Assembly (NCBI GenBank): GCA_018823795.1
Contig: JAHJGZ010000007.1
Location: 1-63,906 of the forward strand
Length of the DNA stretch: 63,906 bases
Direction of reading: 5' to 3'
Origin: Candidatus Omnitrophota bacterium
Lineage (GTDB): Bacteria > Omnitrophota > Omnitrophia > JAHJGZ01
The notes under the pieces were generated by a model. It had not been told where the DNA came from, did not search any database, and saw only the letters and a program-made list of their open reading frames with translations. Position 1 is the stretch's first letter. Each line of letters opens with the position of its first letter. The translations under genes and the position numbers were made by a program. Below, piece by piece: positions 59,622-63,906 of the stretch.

Positions 59622-60615
59622 ACATGTCCTGTAATTCAAAAGTTATTTTTAAAATATACGGATTAAGTTCCTTTTTCATTCGTAATTGATCTCTCATAAA
59701 ATCTTTTTCAGTCGTAATAATAGCCAAAGAAGAATCGGTCTTTTTTTCATCCTGTATGGCTAAAAAATCATCAGAACTATAGACGTGATGATCATCAAAC
59801 GTAAAATATTGTACTATAGTAACCCCAAGCTTCTCTAAGGAGAGCTTCAATGACGTCGGCGAACCAATGCCGGAGAATACCAGCGCTTTCTTCCCCTGAA
59901 ATGTTTCAAGAGGAATTGTTTCTTGCGGTGTACTAGCCTTATAAAAGTAAAGAGGCTTATGGACTCCCTCAAGAATGTTTTCTTCAGCAATAAAATCTTT
60001 TAAGCAATTTTTGATCTTCGTCCTCATCTCTTCGGAAACCAAAGAAGCATTGGTCAGAATAACACAATGTGCTCTTTGCAACGTAGATATTGGTTCACGT
60101 AAACTCCCCCGAGGAATAAGATGCCCATTCCCCCACGGATCAAGACAATTCACTGTTACTATATCAAAATCACGACAGAGCTCCCATTGCTGAAATCCAT
60201 CATCAAGAAGAAAAATATCCGTCTTGTTCACTGCCAGATGTGCCATTGCATTTTTATACCTCTTTTTTCCACAAATAACCGCAACATGCGGATACTGCGT
60301 TCGCAACAACACATCTTCGTCATTGCCGTAACCACGCATTAAAACGGCAATTTTTTTCCCTTGTTTATTTAACTGTTCTATTAAAAGCCCAATAAGAGGC
60401 GTCTTGCCGGTCCCACCCCACGTAATATTGCCAACACTGATCACCGGATGTGGTAACTTTTTTTTATTCCCTGTACTCACTTCTCTTACAATATAAAGCA
60501 AAACACGATAGCAATAACTCCCCACAAGAAGCAACATCCGAAGCACTTTTGCATCTATGCCATTTCTCTTATGCGTTACTACGTTAAGGAAATATTGTCT
60601 CATCGTGATCACCAT
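59578..60615 (-). CDS. lpxK: Tetraacyldisaccharide 4'-kinase
   Basis: SVGNITWGGTGKTP, LDDGFQ, PRG.LREP, DHH and TTEKD motifs. Confidence 0.95.
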   Translation of the reverse strand: MVITMRQYFLNVVTHKRNGIDAKVLRMLLLVGSYCYRVLLYIVREVSTGNKKKLPHPVISVGNITWGGTGKTPLIGLLIEQLNKQGKKIAVLMRGYGNDEDVLLRTQYPHVAVICGKKRYKNAMAHLAVNKTDIFLLDDGFQQWELCRDFDIVTVNCLDPWGNGHLIPRGSLREPISTLQRAHCVILTNASLVSEEMRTKIKNCLKDFIAEENILEGVHKPLYFYKASTPQETIPLETFQGKKALVFSGIGSPTSLKLSLEKLGVTIVQYFTFDDHHVYSSDDFLAIQDEKKTDSSLAIITTEKDFMRDQLRMKKELNPYILKITFELQDMYGTFSRRLDRILGS

Positions 60616-61898
60616 TAAAAGAATATTCGCCCAAAAAGTAAGAAAATAAGTGTTGCTATCACTAATGAAATAAGTGTTAAAACCGATGCGGTCTTAATCC
60701 ATGTCTTCATAGATAATGGGCGTTCCGAACGCTTTAAAATCGAAATACATACCACACCAGCTGCCGAACTAATCGGGAGCGCATTACCGCCAAATCCAGC
60801 ACCGACTGCAAGAGCCCACCATAGTGTCTCAGTCTGTTCAGGAAGAAGCGGAACTTCTTTAATAACCGGAATAGCGGCTGCAGTAAAGGCAATACTGCCA
60901 ATAAAAGTAGAAAAGAATGATGCACACCACATCAATAATACAGCACACCATGAAAAATGCATCTTTGCTAAATGAGTAATCCCTTCCGTAATGACAATAA
61001 AGAGTCCTGTTTGTTCAACTGCTCGTACGAGAACAAAAAGCGCAGCAAAGAAAAACAAGATATCCCATTCAACATCACGAAAGACTTCGTCAGGGTCAGG
61101 ACGTACTAAGATAAGCGCTAAACTTCCTCCAAAAAGAGCAATAAATGCCGGCTCAAATGGAAAAAATGTAGGGAAAATAAGCATAACTAATACCACCCCT
61201 AATGAAAAAAGGGAACCTCGAACCCCTTTGTGATCACTAATAGCCTTCCTTTCATCCATAGCAAGGACTGCCTCAAAATTATCTCCGCTCATTTTTAACT
61301 CTCGCCGAAAGATAATCTTGATAAAAAAAGTCAATATAATAAGAACTATGATGACAAGAGGAAAGAGGTGTACTAAAAAATCATTAAAAGTAAATCCTGC
61401 TGCTGATGCAATCATAATATTTGGCGGGTCACCGATTAACGTTCCGACTCCACCGATATTTGAAAAAATTACTTCTGTAATAAGAAAGGGGATTGCTGAA
61501 ACACCCAAAATGTCCGCAATCAAAATTGTCGTTGGTCCTATGATGACCAACGTTGTTACATTATCAATCAACATAGAAAGAAACGCAGTAGCAAATCCCA
61601 AGATAATCATCAGTGAAAAAAGATTCCCTTGTGACGCTTTAGCACTTTTAATCGCAATATAGGTTAAGAACCCCGTTTTCTTAATAATCGCTACTAATAT
61701 CATCATTCCCATTAAAAGACCAATAGTATTAAAATCAATTGCCTGTAACGCTTCTTCTTGTGTAAGAAAATGTGAGTATTCACCAATCAACACAAGCAAT
61801 AATGCTCCAACCATGGCAACGATAGAACGAGGAATTTTGTTCCACACAATGAGAATTAAAACAATAAAAAAAATACAAAGCACAATACCGACAATCAC
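60615..61898 (-). CDS. ArsB/NhaD (IT superfamily) ion transporter
   Basis: IDNVTT and SNIGG..TLIGDPPN motifs; many TM helices. Confidence 0.85.
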   Translation of the reverse strand: MIVGIVLCIFFIVLILIVWNKIPRSIVAMVGALLLVLIGEYSHFLTQEEALQAIDFNTIGLLMGMMILVAIIKKTGFLTYIAIKSAKASQGNLFSLMIILGFATAFLSMLIDNVTTLVIIGPTTILIADILGVSAIPFLITEVIFSNIGGVGTLIGDPPNIMIASAAGFTFNDFLVHLFPLVIIVLIILTFFIKIIFRRELKMSGDNFEAVLAMDERKAISDHKGVRGSLFSLGVVLVMLIFPTFFPFEPAFIALFGGSLALILVRPDPDEVFRDVEWDILFFFAALFVLVRAVEQTGLFIVITEGITHLAKMHFSWCAVLLMWCASFFSTFIGSIAFTAAAIPVIKEVPLLPEQTETLWWALAVGAGFGGNALPISSAAGVVCISILKRSERPLSMKTWIKTASVLTLISLVIATLIFLLFGRIFF

Positions 61899-61899
61899 G

Positions 61900-63252
61900 T
61901 TATGAATTTCCTTTCTGCATCACAGATAGCATTTGTATAATATGATTACTATTCCTTGTACTAGCCCCTTTCATCTCCTGAAGCCATGCATATGCCCTAT
62001 CAGCCATTGCCTGTGTTCGTTTTTGATCACCTAAAAGACCTTCAATCGCCTGAACATACTTGTCAGGGGAAGAAACTTTTATAATAGCATCCAATTCGAA
62101 AAGCGTTTCATAAATATCAGCAAAATTAAAAATATGCTTACCAGTCACAATCGGCTTTTTAAACACAATCGCTTCCAAGGGATTTTGTCCGCCGTGTTTA
62201 ATTAAACTGCCTCCCATAAAAACAATATCCCCTATGGAATAAATCGTACGAAGTTCACCAATAGTGTTAAGCAGGTAAACGTCAAAATTGGTATCCTTCT
62301 TTTTGTTTACTAATTCCGGTGAAATGGCTGATGTATCTGCTACATTAAACGACAAGTCAGCATTGTTAAAAATACCAAGAATTTCATTCACCCGTTCAAT
62401 ATGGCGAGGAACTATTAAAAGCTTAAGTTCGGGATACGATTGCTTTAGTCTACGATACATATCACACAGAAATACTTCTTCACCACGATGGGTACTTGCA
62501 GCAATGAGAATTTTATCCTGTCGTTGGAACCCACGCCGTACTTTTTCTTTCTCAGAATGTTCTCCCGTATCGGGTTTAACAGTAACATTATCAAATTTCA
62601 TATTACCCGTTACTCTAATTTTATTGTCTGGTACTCCAATTCTTTTTAAACGTTTTGCATAACGCTCAGTTTGCATAAGGCAAAGATCTATCTTTCTAAA
62701 AACTAAACGGAGTAATCTTTTTACCCGGTAATAACTGCGAAATGACTTCGGGGACACCCTCCCATTCACAATTGCAACTTTAGCACCATATTTCTTAGCC
62801 GAAAGGATAAGATTCGGCCATAGTTCTGTTTCCATTAAAATAATAAGCTGCGGTTTTAGGAATCGCACTACCCTATTAGTAATCCAGCTGACATCCAAAG
62901 GTAAATAAAAAACCTCTGCTTTATTTTCTATTATCTTTTTTGCGATACGGTTACCGGTTGGTGTCACTGTTGAAAATACAATTTGATAGCCTGAAACTGC
63001 ATTCGAGAGCTGTTGCAAAAAATTTTGTGCCGCTAAAACTTCGCCGACACTGACTGCATGAATCCAAATAATTTTTTTCTGAGATACCTTCTCTTTAAAC
63101 TGAGTAGAAAAAAAACCAAATCGATCAAGCAACAATCGTTTTTTATTTTCAGCCTGTTGAAGCTTAACAAAAAAAATCGGTAAATAAAATATCATGAAAA
63201 CAATAAATATTACATCATACAGTAAAAACATCATGCCCTCTGCTCTGTTCAT
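61900..63252 (-). CDS. waaA: Kdo transferase
   Basis: WIHAVSVGE, ETELWPN, TGNMKFD, ASTH.GEE, PRH.ER and GGQNPLE motifs. Confidence 0.95.
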   Translation of the reverse strand: MNRAEGMMFLLYDVIFIVFMIFYLPIFFVKLQQAENKKRLLLDRFGFFSTQFKEKVSQKKIIWIHAVSVGEVLAAQNFLQQLSNAVSGYQIVFSTVTPTGNRIAKKIIENKAEVFYLPLDVSWITNRVVRFLKPQLIILMETELWPNLILSAKKYGAKVAIVNGRVSPKSFRSYYRVKRLLRLVFRKIDLCLMQTERYAKRLKRIGVPDNKIRVTGNMKFDNVTVKPDTGEHSEKEKVRRGFQRQDKILIAASTHRGEEVFLCDMYRRLKQSYPELKLLIVPRHIERVNEILGIFNNADLSFNVADTSAISPELVNKKKDTNFDVYLLNTIGELRTIYSIGDIVFMGGSLIKHGGQNPLEAIVFKKPIVTGKHIFNFADIYETLFELDAIIKVSSPDKYVQAIEGLLGDQKRTQAMADRAYAWLQEMKGASTRNSNHIIQMLSVMQKGNS

Positions 63253-63258
63253 CGCACG

Positions 63259-63906
63259 TTATGCCCGTGGATGCGCTTGGTCATACACTTCCTTTAACCG
63301 TTTCGTCGTTATATGAGTATAAATCTGCGTTGTTGACAAATTTTCATGCCCGAGCAACTCTTGGACACTTCTTAAATCTGCCCCTCTATCCAGGAGATGT
63401 GTTGCAAAACTATGCCGTAACGTATGTGGTGAAACCCGTTTTTTAAGGGCAATACGTTGTGCATATTTTAAGATAACACGGCGAATGCTCCGATCGGTCA
63501 ATCGTGTACCACTTTTGTTTAAAAACAATGCGTGTTTATTTCCCGTTTGCTGGACTTCGCGTTTTTCTAAATACTGTTCAATTGCTTTCACCGCCATAGA
63601 ACCAAAAGGGACAATGCGCTCTTTCTTTCCTTTTCCGCGTACCTTAAGCAATCCACCAAAAAAATCAATGTCCTCTGTATTAATATCTTGCAATTCACTT
63701 ACCCGAATACCGGAGCTATACAAAAGTTCCATAATCGCTTTATCTCTTCGTTCGATCTCAGAATCCCCTGCCGGCGCATCGAGTAAACTCACCACTTCGG
63801 CTTGATCAAGAAAAAGTGGCAATTTTCGTTCACGTTTTGGCGTAGACACACTTACTGCCGGATTCGAACTAATAACATTCTCCCTATTTAAAAATTTGAA
63901 AAATGA
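63259..63906 (-). CDS. xerC: Tyrosine recombinase XerC/D (5' end beyond window)
   Basis: G.R.SEL, GKG.KER, HTLRHSFATHLL and LLGH..TTQIY motifs; frame stays open to the right edge (SFFKFL..NPA). Confidence 0.88.
   Translation of the reverse strand, partial: SFFKFLNRENVISSNPAVSVSTPKRERKLPLFLDQAEVVSLLDAPAGDSEIERRDKAIMELLYSSGIRVSELQDINTEDIDFFGGLLKVRGKGKKERIVPFGSMAVKAIEQYLEKREVQQTGNKHALFLNKSGTRLTDRSIRRVILKYAQRIALKKRVSPHTLRHSFATHLLDRGADLRSVQELLGHENLSTTQIYTHITTKRLKEVYDQAHPRA

Noticed and set aside
63259-63906. XerC as a dedicated pilin shufflase
   Set aside because: It looks like housekeeping XerC/D heading an LPS operon more than 20 kb away; nothing links it to the repeats.

Overview
Bacterial chromosomal window, probably from a Gram-negative PVC-group/Omnitrophota-like lineage (inference from gene content). 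Essentially all genes are on the minus strand. In transcription order (right to left): partial xerC; LPS/Kdo/heptose core cluster (waaA, lpxK, LpxL-ELM1 fusion, GT4/GT9s, hldD, hldA, kdsB, kdsA, kdsD); type IV pilus/T2SS-like locus (PilB, PilC, six GspG-like prepilins, a DNRLRE-domain adhesin, a major pilin); HD-GYP protein; an unusual nucleotide-sugar/GT-C glycosylation cluster; an FMN-riboswitch-led riboflavin operon; PEPCK; a cobalamin-riboswitch-led btuFCD; an SGNH hydrolase; and a partial GIY-YIG nuclease. The most striking unexplained layer is a set of three small repeat-bounded elements, each apparently present as a gene-carrying form and as an empty hairpin form. (1) A ~109-bp ACCCCGTTAGAG...CTCTAACGGGGT unit is inserted, mostly in frame, at the G|FT prepilin cleavage codons of four pilin genes, and the same end sits just upstream of the GIY-YIG gene. 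(2) AAGGATA-heptamer inverted arrays flank a four-helix-bundle gene and also form a hairpin inside the B12 riboswitch. (3) ATGATT...AATCAT-bounded arrays flank a GxxExxY gene and also sit inside the FMN riboswitch. All appear to occupy safe-harbour sites (cleaved leaders, RNA loops, gene junctions). Mobility is inferred, not shown.
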